Of a stretch of 64,000 nt of DNA, positions 26,001 to 37,861 are shown piece after piece (the first letter of the stretch is position 1; each line of letters begins with the position of its first letter). This DNA comes from Utricularia gibba (taxonomy: Eukaryota; Plantae; Magnoliophyta), in contig CM007990.1 of NCBI GenBank assembly GCA_002189035.1, positions 2,790,001 through 2,854,000 on the forward strand. Direction: 5' to 3'. The position numbers and the translations under genes were made by a program. The notes beneath the pieces were generated by a model that saw only the letters and a program-made list of their open reading frames with translations, made no database searches and was not told the DNA's origin.

Positions 26001-27450
26001 CTGCTTCCTCAATTTCCTTATTTTGATTCTCTTCATTTTCGCCCTCATTTCTGTCCATTAAAGCTTCTTCTTCAGCAACCTGTTCTTCGAGTTCCTCCAC
26101 TTCATCTCTGGATTTTTCAGCATTTGTCTCTGGAACAGGTGCTGCTGGTTCCCAAGGCGTGACATCTTCTTCTTCAGGAACCGATTCGTCCAGTGGTATC
26201 CTCTGCTTTTTCTTCCTGCCCTTCCCTTTCTTCTTCTTAGTCAAGACTTGTGGTTCTGAGGGTGGCTCCTCCACTGGTGTTTTTCTCTTGTAGCTTTTCT
26301 GCATGCCCCTCAATCTTTGTTGGAGGCTGACATTCTCCAAGTTGTTGTTGTCAGAGGGTTCTCCCATTTCAGCCGCCTGAAGGATCACGTCTACTCCCTG
26401 GAAATTTTCTGTAGCAGCAATAGTAGGCAAATCGCCTTCTTCTAAGGTTGGAACAACAATGATTTCCGCTTCAGCACCTCCAGCAACTTCCTTTGGCTGC
26501 TCTGCTTGCATTTTCTTTCGGCTGGGTCTCTCCTTTGCAGCTTTTCTTCCACTTCTTGTTGCAGGCATTTTGTTTCTACCGCTGTAATTTTTACAGAAAA
26601 ATCACAGAAGAAACGGTTGAAGTGAGGAACAAAGAAACTGCTCCTCCAATTAGTTTCAAGCACTAGGGGTTTTTCCGTCATTTCCTTTGGTTCGACTTCC
26701 CACTTCCCTCAACAGTCGAATTTTTGTGTAACTCCCCATGCTTAATTTCCCTTGAGTTAAGCATCCATCCTTGCCCAACAGCACAAAACATGGCAAAAAT
26801 TCTAAAAGAAAACATATTAAAATAGAAATAAAAATGCATAAATTAAAAGAGTTAGCCATGGGTTGCCTCCCATAAGCACTCTTATTTAAAGTCTTGGACC
26901 TAACTTCTCATTGGCTATGTTTCTGGAGCATCCATCAGCTTGATCATCTCCAGATTTCCTGTGATCATGTTAGCATTTTCATAAAAAATTTTCAAACGGT
27001 GCCCATTTACCAAAAATCCCTTGTTTGAGTCTCCATCAAATATTTCCACAACACCATTTGAAAAAATTTTCTTCACAATAAAAGGCCTTATCCATCCTGA
27101 TGTCAACATTCCAGGATGCAATTTCAACCTGGATTGGAATAATAAAACTTTCTGGCCAATCTTGAAATTTCTCTTGGAAATATGCACGTCGTGATATCTC
27201 TTAGTCCGAGCCTAGAATAGTTTTGAGCTCTCATACGCATCATTTCTCAACTCCTCAAGTTCTGAAAGCTAGAGCTTCCTGTGACTTGCACTAAGGTTCC
27301 TATCCAAGTTTAACTTCTTCACATCCCACCAGGCCTTGTGCTCAAGAGCTGTTGGTAATCTACATGGCTTCCCATAGATCAACCGAAATGGTAAGGTCCC
27401 AATGGAAGTCTTATATGCTGTTCATATGGCCCAAAGTGTATCCTTAAACT
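23081..27450 (-). mobile_element. 3' half of an Athila-type Ty3/gypsy element: integrase tail, env-like ORF, 3' UTR, 3' LTR (~23081-23882)
   Basis: Integrase C-terminus KVLLFQSRLKLHPG..FLVNGHRLKIF; post-pol Athila motif cttatgggaggcaaccca (26859-26876); TGAT/ATCA-type LTR end; pol truncated at ~27450. Confidence 0.85.
24853..26568 (-). CDS. Athila ORF (env-like, ATHILA ORF-1 family), 571 aa, probable frameshift near the C-terminus
   Basis: Uninterrupted ORF from ATG; basic KKKKGKGRKKK and acidic tract; C-half HIDHDILVELGI..YIELSYEFAATF..FRLMG..SLAEWNVALG..DPVMRY..LNLG typical of the Athila accessory ORF. Confidence 0.8.
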   Translation of the reverse strand: MPATRSGRKAAKERPSRKKMQAEQPKEVAGGAEAEIIVVPTLEEGDLPTIAATENFQGVDVILQAAEMGEPSDNNNLENVSLQQRLRGMQKSYKRKTPVEEPPSEPQVLTKKKKGKGRKKKQRIPLDESVPEEEDVTPWEPAAPVPETNAEKSRDEVEELEEQVAEEEALMDRNEGENEENQNKEIEEAEEQSFGSTTEKENEGTIKRNKFLPKLVPLYVKSGKFAQEKEKFQRQMTRKGILYFKHYADMLNTRYLTFTKEMHTDRYGEVKGAKVTPCCHIDHDILVELGIADRISSLFEGTTFMNLFEMKFPGYIELSYEFAATFVYEIPETVLDPAASSFRLMGVEFSFSLAEWNVALGFCSEHDVDSHEFAASLFHYPEEFDAEEIYAILTDQHIIEFKAKWTKTDLFVDPVMRYAHIVVITTLFERTIGFNSLYKRELFVMWCIMNKRSLNLGAMIAEQMTRDYRRTKIQHLSFGNIITHLAHTLCPEKLSELEYFHVESKTIPLDAYFLKVAGLIKAQRSGFVFRSLAGLCGNSVAGECNTNAPAPAISKHNSKGCCCPEMIKRFE

Positions 27451-28759
27451 CTTAACCCTAAATTTTTTGTCAGTCATTTTGATATAGGTTAAAAATGCGA
27501 AAAATAAATTTTTTTAGGTCAAATATGCCATCAACCCTGATTTCATTTATCTATATACACATTTTATAACATAATTTTGTTATTTATTACATATCGTTAT
27601 ATATATATTGATAAAATGCTAAAAATAAAACAATTTTATGTGTTATAAGCTAACTAAAATTTAAAACAAATAAGAATGGGTAATTTTCCCACACACTTAC
27701 ACATAGTAGGCACTTTTCTAAAATGAAATTTGGACATTGGGTAGATTTTTGAAGAACCCCAGGTTTTTTGATGAACTCAAAATGGTGACTAAGTTGCTCA
27801 TTGGTGAACCATCAGATGATTTAAAATATTTACTAAAATAATGATTAAATACCAAATCGATAGTTACTGAGTCGATGGATCTGGTTCCTCAATTACTCAA
27901 ACGAAACCAGAACCACTCTTCGGTTCCAGTTTGGTATTGGAACCAATGCAGATCTCGGTTCCGTTTTGGAACCAGAAGAGATGCAATGGTTCCAATTCGA
28001 ACCACAGTTTAGTTCCGAACAGGCCTAACTCAATCTAGGAGGGCATCCATCATGGGCCTCATCATTTGGAAGAAGACAACAGCGTTAACTTTATCAAAAT
28101 ATTGCTCACCACAGCCCATGAAGCATGAGTTGTGAGGGTTTGGTCTTGCAATTAGTCCCAAGGTTTCTAATCCGATATTGTTTCCTTCTATGAAGGAGAG
28201 AGTCCTTCCTAATGACTCGCTTGTGACCCAATACTCTTCCAATTCATTTTTTCTGAACTTCAAGTAGAGCAAAAACTCAAATACACAATGAATAGGTATC
28301 ATAACTCATAGAGAAACTTAGCAAGGGACAAGTCATAGTATGTTGATGGTGCAAAACATTATGAGGTTGAGGAATTATTCAATCTTCCTTACTGATTTTC
28401 TTCAATATTAGATGGATTAAGGATTTTAGGGAAAGCAATAAAAAAGGCAAATATCTTGGTAACCTACAAAAAAGAAATGAGGATGCTCACACAAATGCTA
28501 TGAGGTTAAGGAATCGTTCGATGTTATTTCCCAGATATCAAACTTATAATTTATAAAATTTAAATAAATCTAAACACATTTATAATTCAAAATTAAATTA
28601 TATATATTTTTTATCTTTTCATGCCAAACACCCAAACGGTTTGCTTATGGCAATGTACCTATTTGATATAATTGTTAAGGTTACTTAACAATAGGTTTTA
28701 AATTTTAGCATGTTTGATAAATATTGTAAAGATTAACAACATCGTTTATTTTCGCAGGT

Positions 28760-30560
28760 ATGAAGCAATTTTTGGGGTGTGAAGATTAACGTGTGGGGGG
28801 TTTAGGTTTACATTCACAATTTCTTATTATTCCTCTTCTGCCCCTCGTATTCAAATCACCGTTGAACATATTTTGTATGCTGAAAGAAAAGAGTTCATGT
28901 TCTGTGAGCTGCATAACTGAGATTCTATTATCGAGCACCATTGTAAGAGCAGATAGCAAGAACTACAAAGTAGAAACTAGCAGTTTTCCACCTTGAACAT
29001 GAACTTTGTTTTATGGGTGAAGCTTTATAATCTCATCTCTCATGAACTCTTTAGGTTGTTCTTACTAAAATAGAGATCTTTATCAGCTCCATTTGTATTC
29101 GTCTCTTGCAGTTATTGCCATTCATTATTGGTTTGTATTCTATTATGTTTTCATTTTGCTTACATATTGTGGTTTCTCAAATTTACCTTTGTTTTGTTTC
29201 ATAATTTCACAATGGTATATATGATATGCTGCTCCTTTTGTAATAGATATGCGTTATTTAAGTCTTGTTCCCATATTTCAGAATGATTTATGAATAAATA
29301 AGAGTAGCAACCATTGGTGCTACACATGCCATCAATCAAACTTCTTTTATGCATATGCTTGCCGTTATTTACACATGGTTGCCAAAGAAACAAACTAGCA
29401 TATTCATATAAGGAAAAAATTCCAAAGCAAATTGAATACATGAAGGGGCTTATCATTGATGCTAACTCCGCTTGTTTGGACAAATTAAGGCTCACAAGAA
29501 GTGTATTTTTGAAACTGTGTACTCTCCTACAAGAGAAGGTTAATCTTAAACCCACGATGTATATTGAAGTGCCAAAAATGGTTGCTATTTTCTTAGGAAT
29601 TCTTGCACATCATAGAAAAACAAGGACACAAAAGCATGTCTTCAAGAGATTAATATGGATAATGTCTAAGTATTTAACACTATGTTAATAGCAATTCTTT
29701 TCTTGTAAGATGAATTGTATGTTAAGGCAAAACTGATAATTGATATTGATCATACATCAAGATTCGGATTCTTTGGAGCATTAAATTTTTAAGCTTTTAT
29801 GTGTATTATATTTTTCTTCAAGACCATAATTAACTTTTGTTTTTTTTATATTAGAATTGCCTTGGTGCACTTAATGAATCAAATTTTCTGCTTCATATGA
29901 AGGATGATTAGAAGACATGATTTAGAAACTGAAAGGGCCAATTATCTATGAATGTGATTGGAGTCTAAGATTACCAAATGAACTTCAAATATGTGCTGTC
30001 CGAATGGGAGGGATCAACTTTCTACAACATGGTACTAAGATCAGCCCTTATTAAGCAACGAAATTCTTTCAAAGTTCTACTAGGTAGGATGTTATTGATC
30101 TGGTAACATTCTACACTATATATCATTTATCATATAGAAAAAACTTGTTATGTGTGCGTACAGGTTGCTACTACATGTGCACCCACGATTACACAAATTG
30201 CGAAGATTTTTTGGCTCTTTATAGATCTATTCGTCACCATTTGAAGAAGTAGGGTATTGGTTCTAAGGCACCATAAAATGCAAGGGAGTATTTCAATATG
30301 TGATATTCATCTACAAGGAATGTCATCGAGCAAGCATGGAGATTGATGAAAATGCGATGGGGCATTCTTCAAGATGCAAGGTTTTATCCTATTCAAATAT
30401 CAATACACTATAGCTTGTGCATTGCTTCATAAATTTATTCAAAAGGAAATGAGGTCTTATGTGTGGGAAAATGAGGTACTAGAGGTATTTCATAATATGC
30501 ATGCAATTATGGAAGAGGATTTTGAAGATAATTTATAATACAGGTAGTACAGCTGAGTGG
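28760..30560 (+). mobile_element. PIF/Harbinger relic: weak Myb/SANT remnant plus intron-containing DDE transposase pseudogene
   Basis: CLDKLRLTRSVFLKLC..VAIFLGILAHH (29470-29610), NCLGAL (29856), YVLSEWEGS, FLALYRSIRHHLK, FNM*YSSTRNVIEQAW..KMRWGIL. Confidence 0.8.
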
Positions 30561-31157
30561 ATGATAAACCAAAAATTCTTTACATGTCACAAGTCTAAAG
30601 TTTTTCTCATTAAAACTAATTTGTATTCTAAGCGTATAAACCACAAGTAATTTACAAACAAAATTAATATAGCAGCATTAAGTCCAAGTCAATTCACAAA
30701 AAGTACATGGTTTTTAGTTGTTGGCCTTATACATAAGTTGGATTAAACAGGGGAGTTTATTTGAAATTGAATTTCCATTCTAACTAAATTAATAAAATTC
30801 TTCTACTGATTTTTAAATTGAAAAGTAGAAAATAAAATGCATAAATCAACATTTCAAACAACTAACGATTTATTTTGCATTTGAACAAGGATTTAACTTC
30901 ATGAAAACAAGTAAAAGTTCATGGTCAGGTTTAAATCCTATTCTAGAGACATAATCGTGAACATTAACTAAGTACTAAGTTGCATCACCTTCTTTCAAAT
31001 AGAACAAGTAATTCAACTAGTTGTCAGTATCCTGCTTTTCAGCTACACCAAATCTGTTTTTATTCTTTTCTGATAATTGGTAAAAAAAATATCATTTCTC
31101 TTTAATTCAACTTCCCACGCAGATTTGTAATTCCCCTATTATCTTTGTTCTAAATAT

Positions 31158-34100
31158 TGTTGTTGCAAGAAAAATAGAATCTTGGGAAGTAACAAAAAGG
31201 TAATGCTTATGAGATCACCTTGGATGAAAAACGACTGATGAACAATAAGAATGACCAAAAACCTAATTGACAAGCATTCCTAGTAGGGTTTATATATATC
31301 CAATACCTAGGTTACCCAACAGTGGACCACAATCATTGAAAACACACAAAAAGCCCAACAACTCGAATCCAACACTTCCATGCTCGAACTCAACACCTTT
31401 TTATCTGAAATATAACATTATGACACAAGATTAGTGCTTCCAATCACCTTCAAGCTTTGGATTGAGGCTGATCTCCAACACTCCCCCCAGACCGAGATCT
31501 CCCAACTTGAAAAGTCTTCCATAGTCATGAGATTCATGTTCTTCCTTGCTAGCTCAAACTGAACTCTGTTCAAACCTTTGGTGAGCCCATCAGCAAACTG
31601 ATTCCCACTCTCAACATACTGCACTTTAATCTTCTTCTCCTTGATATAATTCCTTATGACATGATACCTGATTCTTATGTGTTTGGCTTTGCTGAAGTTC
31701 GTCGGATCCTTGGCAATGGAGATTGCAGCTCGATTATCCATAAGCAGATGTGTAGCTTCCTTTTGTATGAATCCAAGTTCGTTTAGCATCTGCCTCAACC
31801 AAACACAATAGTTCGAAGCATGTGCTGCTGAGATGTATTCTGCTTCAGCTGTTGATTGTGCTACCACTTTTTGTTTCTTCGAAAACCAGACTATAGGGGT
31901 CTTATTTAAGAAGAAGAGTGCACCAGATTTACTTTTGCTATCTTCAGCCATACCATAATCACTATCTGAGTAGGCTCTAAGTTTCAAGACTGGTTTTTCA
32001 CCTTCATAGGGATAGAACAATCCGAAATCAGTAGTAGATTTTATGTACCTGAAAGCTCTTTTCACAGCTGCCATGTGAGTTGTTGTTGGTTTGTTGAGGA
32101 AGCAAGATAAGACATTTACACAAAACACAAGTCAGTCCTTGTATGCTGGAGATAAATGAGGCTTCCAATCATACTTCTATAAGTAGTGGTATCCACATTC
32201 TTTCCCTGATTGTTCTCTTCAATCACCTGTTTGTAATCCAAAGGCGTTTTTGAAGGATTGACATCTTTGAACCCAAACCTTTCAAGAAGTTCATTACAGT
32301 ACTTTTTCTGTGATATGAATGTTCCAACACCTTCAAGTTGATGAATTTCCATGCCTAGATAGTAGGACATCATTCCAAGGTCAGTCATCTTGAATTCATT
32401 TTTGAGTAGAGCTTTGAATTCCTCAATCTTCCTTTCACTACCTGATGTAATCATAAGATCATCCACATATAAGCTAATAAATAAACGATCATCTTCTTTT
32501 CTTTTAACATACAGTGAGTAATCACTATATGTTTTTCTGAAACCAATACCCTGGAGAAAGTTATCCATGCGTTCATTCCATGCTCTAGGAGCTTGCTTCA
32601 ACCCATAGAGAGATTTCTTTAGCTTCAATACCTTGTCTTCATGACCTGACACTTCGAAGCCCTTTGGTTGTTCAACAAAAACAACCTCCTCCAACACACC
32701 ATTCAAGAACGCAGTCTTGACATCCATGTGATGCACTTTCCATCCATGAGCAGCTGAAATGGCAAGAAGTACTTTAATCGTGTCAAATCTTGCTACTGGT
32801 GCAAAAATATCATGAAAATTTATTCCTTTGATCTGACTATATCCCTTGGCTACTAATCTAGCCTTATATTTGTTGATAGAGCCATCTGCATTCATCTTGG
32901 TTTTGAATAACCACTTGAGGCCAATAGGTTTGAAACCCCTATCCTTGGGTTTATCAACTAACTCCCATGTTTCATTTTCAAGTATAGAATTCATTTCTTC
33001 CTTCATGGCCTCTCTCCATTTTGGATTTTGTACAGCCACTTCAAATGATGTTGGATCTCCTGTCAATAATCCAGCCAAAATATCAGCTACAGCATCTTGG
33101 ACATCATCATTCAACTTGGAGAAACTTATTGTAGGAGCCTTGTTTCTTTTGCTTCGTCTAATGTCAGTAACATGACTATCTTCATTATCTATTGAATCTC
33201 TGATGTTTTTGCGTTTCCTCCTTTGCCAATCACGATCACATGGGTAATAATCTTCATCATCAGTATCAGGTTCCTCTCCATCAGATTCATCTATTGATGA
33301 GTCTTTTGCATTCGTGCCTTGCTCCTCTTCCTGGATTTCGAAATTCCCATCTGAATGTAGATCATTGGCCTTCTCCTCCTCTGGAGCTGGAAAATTCTCA
33401 TCTGAATGCTGATCATTTACTTGATTTGAATCTTCATGAACGAGTTCTGAAGTTTCTTGGTTTGTTGAATTCCTGGAAGAGAAGTTTTGAGGCATGTGTG
33501 TCCAGAGGTCTCCTTTCCCATGGGTGCTATGCCTTCCATCACTTTTATGAGCTTCTGCATCATTCAGAGAAATGCAATCATCAATTAAAGTATACCTTGC
33601 ACCTTCATCAAAAGTGACATCATGGCTGAAGATAAATTTTTTCTGTTGAGGTAAATAAACTTTATATCCCTTGGTAGTGTTGCTATAACCAACAAATACA
33701 TCAGATATAGATTTCTTTTCAAGTTTTCCTCGTTTTTGGTCTGGTATATGAGTAAAACACAGACTACCAAAGATTTTGAGATGATCAACCTTTTTAATAT
33801 AACCATGCCATTTTTCATGGGCAGTTTTTCCACTAATCGCCCTTGAGGGAAGCAAGTTCAATAGATATACAGATGTAGATACCGCTTCAGCCCAGAAATT
33901 TACAGGAAGATCTTTTTCAAACAATAGGCATCTTGACATATCAAGGATTGTTCTGTTTCTCCTTTCACATATACCATTCTGTTGTGGAGAATATGGTACG
34001 GTGAATTGATGCATGATTCCCTCATTTTCACAGAACATTCTCATGCTATTATTGTAGAATTCGCCTCCATTGTCTGATCTAATCATCTTCAAAGAGCATC

Positions 34101-36457
34101 CACTCTGATTCTCAATCATCACTTTGAATTTTCGAAAGATATGAGGAACTTCTAACTTGCTTTTAAGAAAGTAAACCCAACAATAACGTGAATAATCATC
34201 AATGAATGTAACAAAATATCTACTCCCCCCTAATGAACATTCCTTAAATGGTCCACAAACATCTGTATGCACAAGCTCTAATTTCTCATTTGCTACTGAA
34301 TCACTGGAATAAAAGGGCTTTCTACACTATTTACCTTGATGGCACACTTCACATATGGCATTAGCAAACTTGATGTCTTTCAATTCCAGTACTTCCTTAT
34401 TCTTCTGCAATATTTTCAGATTGTTGAAGCTATAGTGCCCAAAACGTTTGTGCCAAAGGCTGCTTTGATCCTGAAGTGAGAAAATACAACTTTTATGATC
34501 ACTGACCATGATTTGGTAGAGGTTGTAGGTGGTCAACACAGCATGGAATTCAATCTTCGTTTTTGGATCAACAACCTTAACTTTAGTGGTTATACCACCA
34601 GCATCCTTCATCAGCTCAATGTTAAAACCTTGCCTGCTCAATTGGCCAAAGCTCAACAGGTTCTGTTTGAGGTTTGGTGAATAATAAACATCATCAACTT
34701 GAACAATTCCTTCTTTTAGCAAGAGTAAAATGCTTCCTTTGCCCACAATGCCAATATTTTCACCAGTGCACGTGCTTACCTCCTTCCCAATCTTTTCAAG
34801 CTTGAGAAATGACCTTGTATCACAACATACATGATAGGAGGCGCCAGAGTCCAAGTACCAGCCTTTAGCATCTGAGGCTACTGTCATTAGAGCACACTCA
34901 TACTCAAAAGGATCTTTAAAAGATATTTCTGGCTCATTTTCAAAGTAGGTAAAGGATGCATGTGATTTCTCTTCCCTGGAAGTAGCCTTCTTGTTATGCT
35001 CAACTTTTATTGGATTTGACATTCCACATACCTTGTCAAGATGGCCTCTTTGATTGCATTTCGTGCACAAAGCATCAGGCTTCCACCAACAAAACTCACT
35101 CCTGTGATTCTGTTTGTTACAATGCTTGCAAGCATTTGTGCTTAAAGTCCAACAATCTTCACTCTTATGGTTGGATTTGTCACAATGCCTGCACTTCTGA
35201 TTGCCCATCATTGATGTTGGGATTGACGTTGGTGATTGTTTGATGGCTGTTGACTTGACATCCTTGACATTGTTAATTGCACCTGAGTTTATATTCATAT
35301 TCTGCATTTTGGTGAGGAGAACAGCTTCAACATAAGTTTTCTCAACTTCATAACCATCTCTTAGCTCCAATCTCTTTTCTGTAGATTGCAACTCAATCAT
35401 GAACTCTCTAAATGTTGGATCTGGTGTAATAGGATATTCAAGATACAGTTGATGGAGCTTTCCTTCAATAATGTCAAGGATTTTTCTTTCTGTCTCAAGT
35501 GCACATAACTTTGGCTCGAATCTTGCAGGTAGGCTCATGATTGCCTTGCTAATCACCTTTTGATCCTCAAGTTTTTCCCCCAATCCTCGAATCTCCTTCA
35601 CAAGCTTCACAGTACGTTCATAATAGACTTGTATGGTTTCATTGTCTAACATTTTGTTCCTCTCAAAGTCCTCCAGCTTGTTTTTGCATAATATCTCTCT
35701 CAGTTTGGCATCGCCTTCATCATGGGATTTGAGAGTATCTCATATTTCTTTTGCTGATTGACACTTTGCAATATCATCAAATAGATGTTCAGAGATGGCT
35801 TGATACAAGGCATCCATTGCTTCATCTTTTCTCTGTTGAAGATATTCAGCTTCCTCTTGCTGTTCTGATGTGGATTTGCTTGTTATTGTAATCGCTGGAA
35901 TCTCCCTTTCGACAACATCCCAAATCTTTCTAACCCGTAGGTAGCTGCGCATCTTTTTGACCCAGCTTCCATACTTTGAACCATCAAATATTGGAGGTCA
36001 TCTACCAGATGCCATCATAGCCACCGCTTGACAAGCTTTGGGTTAATACTTGGTAATTCATCAAGTAAAAAACGCTGAACGGTAAATAAAATACTGAAAC
36101 GAACACAGGTTTGAGAACCTTACTGCTCCGATACCATGTTGTTGCAAGAAAAATAGTCTTGGGAAGTAACAAAAAGGTAATGCTTATGAGATTACCTTGG
36201 ATGAAAAACGACTCATGAACAATAAGAATGCCCAAAAACCTAATTGACACACATTCCTAGTAGGGTTTATATATACCCAATACCTAGGTTACCCAACAGT
36301 GGGCCACAATCATTGAAAACACACAAAAAGCCCAACAACTCGAATCCAACACTTCCATGCTCGAACTCAACACCTTTTTATCTGAAATATAACATTATGA
36401 CACAAGATTAGTGTTTCCAATCACTTTCAAGCTTTGGATTGAGGCTGATCTCCAACA
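31158..36457 (-). mobile_element. Near full-length Ty1/copia element (short LTRs, Ivana/Oryco-like), 5.3 kb, disabled
   Basis: LTRs 31158-31480 and 36137-36457 (TG...CA, ~9 substitutions plus a 2-bp indel); PBS TGGTATCGGAGC (tRNA-iMet) 36125-36136; PPT GGGGGGAG 31481-31488; flanks aatat vs aaaat(at), so TSD imperfect. Confidence 0.95.
31418..36018 (-). pseudogene. copia gag-pol (gag, PR, INT, RT, RNase H) with frameshifts near 36000, 35700, 32120 and an in-frame TAG at 34327
   Basis: WYLDSGASYH (PR), LWHKRFGH..CEVC, HTDVCGP, SDNGGEF, PQQNGICER (INT), KYKARLVAKG, YVDDL (RT), YSDSDY, STAEAEY, KHIRIRYH (RH). Confidence 0.93.
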
Positions 36458-36780
36458 AAAATATCGTGCAAACTATTAATTCACATGACCCAGTCTAAAT
36501 GGGCAAGACCCATATAGATTTTGAAGAATAGTAGGCCCGGCCCACATTAGCACTTGATTAAATGGAAATTTAGTTTAATTCATGTAAAATTAGAGTATTT
36601 ATCATTGGTTTCAAATGATAGACTTGGGAAGGGCAACAATAGGGTAATTGAATCCAACATCTAGTTTTTAGTTGCTAGAAGTGTTTGATACATTACATTA
36701 GTTATATCATCATCTTCTACAAAAATCTCATATGCTCTTTCTTTTTGAAGATATCAATTCAATCCTCATAGTAAGATTAA

Positions 36781-37016
36781 AGCATTGTTTTGGAAAATTT
36801 TTGAAACCTGTTTTTATTTTTTAAAAATAATTTTGAAAAGTAGAATTAAAAAGTAAAAGTAACCAACTAATTACTTTTCCAAAAATAACTTTTGTAGTTA
36901 TAATTTTAAAATTGTTTTTTATATAATTACTTTTACAATTAAAAATGTTCTAGAACAAAATTATTTTTACTTCTTAAAAATAGAAATAAGTTTTAAAAAT
37001 TTTTCAAAACACTCCT
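36781..37016. mobile_element. Tourist-like MITE (236 bp)
   Basis: ~40-bp imperfect TIR (agcattgttttggaaaatttttgaaac vs reverse complement of gttttaaaaatttttcaaaacactcct); TAA on both sides (36778-80, 37017-19). Confidence 0.7.
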
Positions 37017-37861
37017 TAATTTTTATTCCTCAACATATTGTGAGTATGCTCATCATGCTACCCACATTGCTAAAGACCATTAAAAACTAAAATAAACAAG
37101 GTAAAAAATAAATAACCAAAATATATATAATACATGTTTTAACTCTACCCACAATTTTGATGTTGCATCCACAACCTTGATAGTGTAGTAAAAAATTTCA
37201 GATTTGCTAAAATGTCAAAGAGCATATTATAATCTCTCTTGAAGATACCTATCTTGGAATACATATGAAAATTAATTCTTTTTTCAATTTCAGAACAAAG
37301 GTTTATAAATTCTTATTCTAAAAAAGATAGATACTTTTACTTCCATCCATTTTTTATAATATCACCCATTAGTTATTAACTCCTTCAATGAAACAATCCC
37401 TCTTCATGCACATTTCAATTACACCCAGTCTTTGAATCCTTTATTAATATCAATATTAAGTACCTAAATACATCTATTTTAACTTAATAAATAATAAAAA
37501 AATAATACAGAATGAATCCTTTATCAATATCAACAAACAAAAATGATAAAGTACCTTACATGAATATAAAGTGCATGGGAAAGAACCCTAGAAATTGAAA
37601 AGCAAGTGTAAAAGAATCGAATGATGTAGAATTCAGATAATAATAATTAAATCGTTTTTAATTATTAAAGTATTTCAATTAATTTCCTTAAAATTATTTA
37701 TTATAATAATGTTATACCAAACACAAAATACTATAAACATCTATATTTTTAAATAATGTTACCAAACAAATATTTAATTTAAACCATGTATGTTTATTTC
37801 TTTAAAATGATCATTATTCCGAGGGTCATGATTTTTGTCGTAGAAATCGCAGACGCTGCTT

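Noticed and set aside
27840-28027. Cluster of GGAACC/GGTTCC motifs ending in CAGGCCTA
   Set aside because: Probably a decayed hAT MITE end, but no partner TIR or TSD found; not a CRISPR-like array (no constant repeat-spacer period)
32846-33617. Plus-strand ORFs of 109 and 125 aa inside the copia
   Set aside because: Antisense shadows of pol with no independent signals
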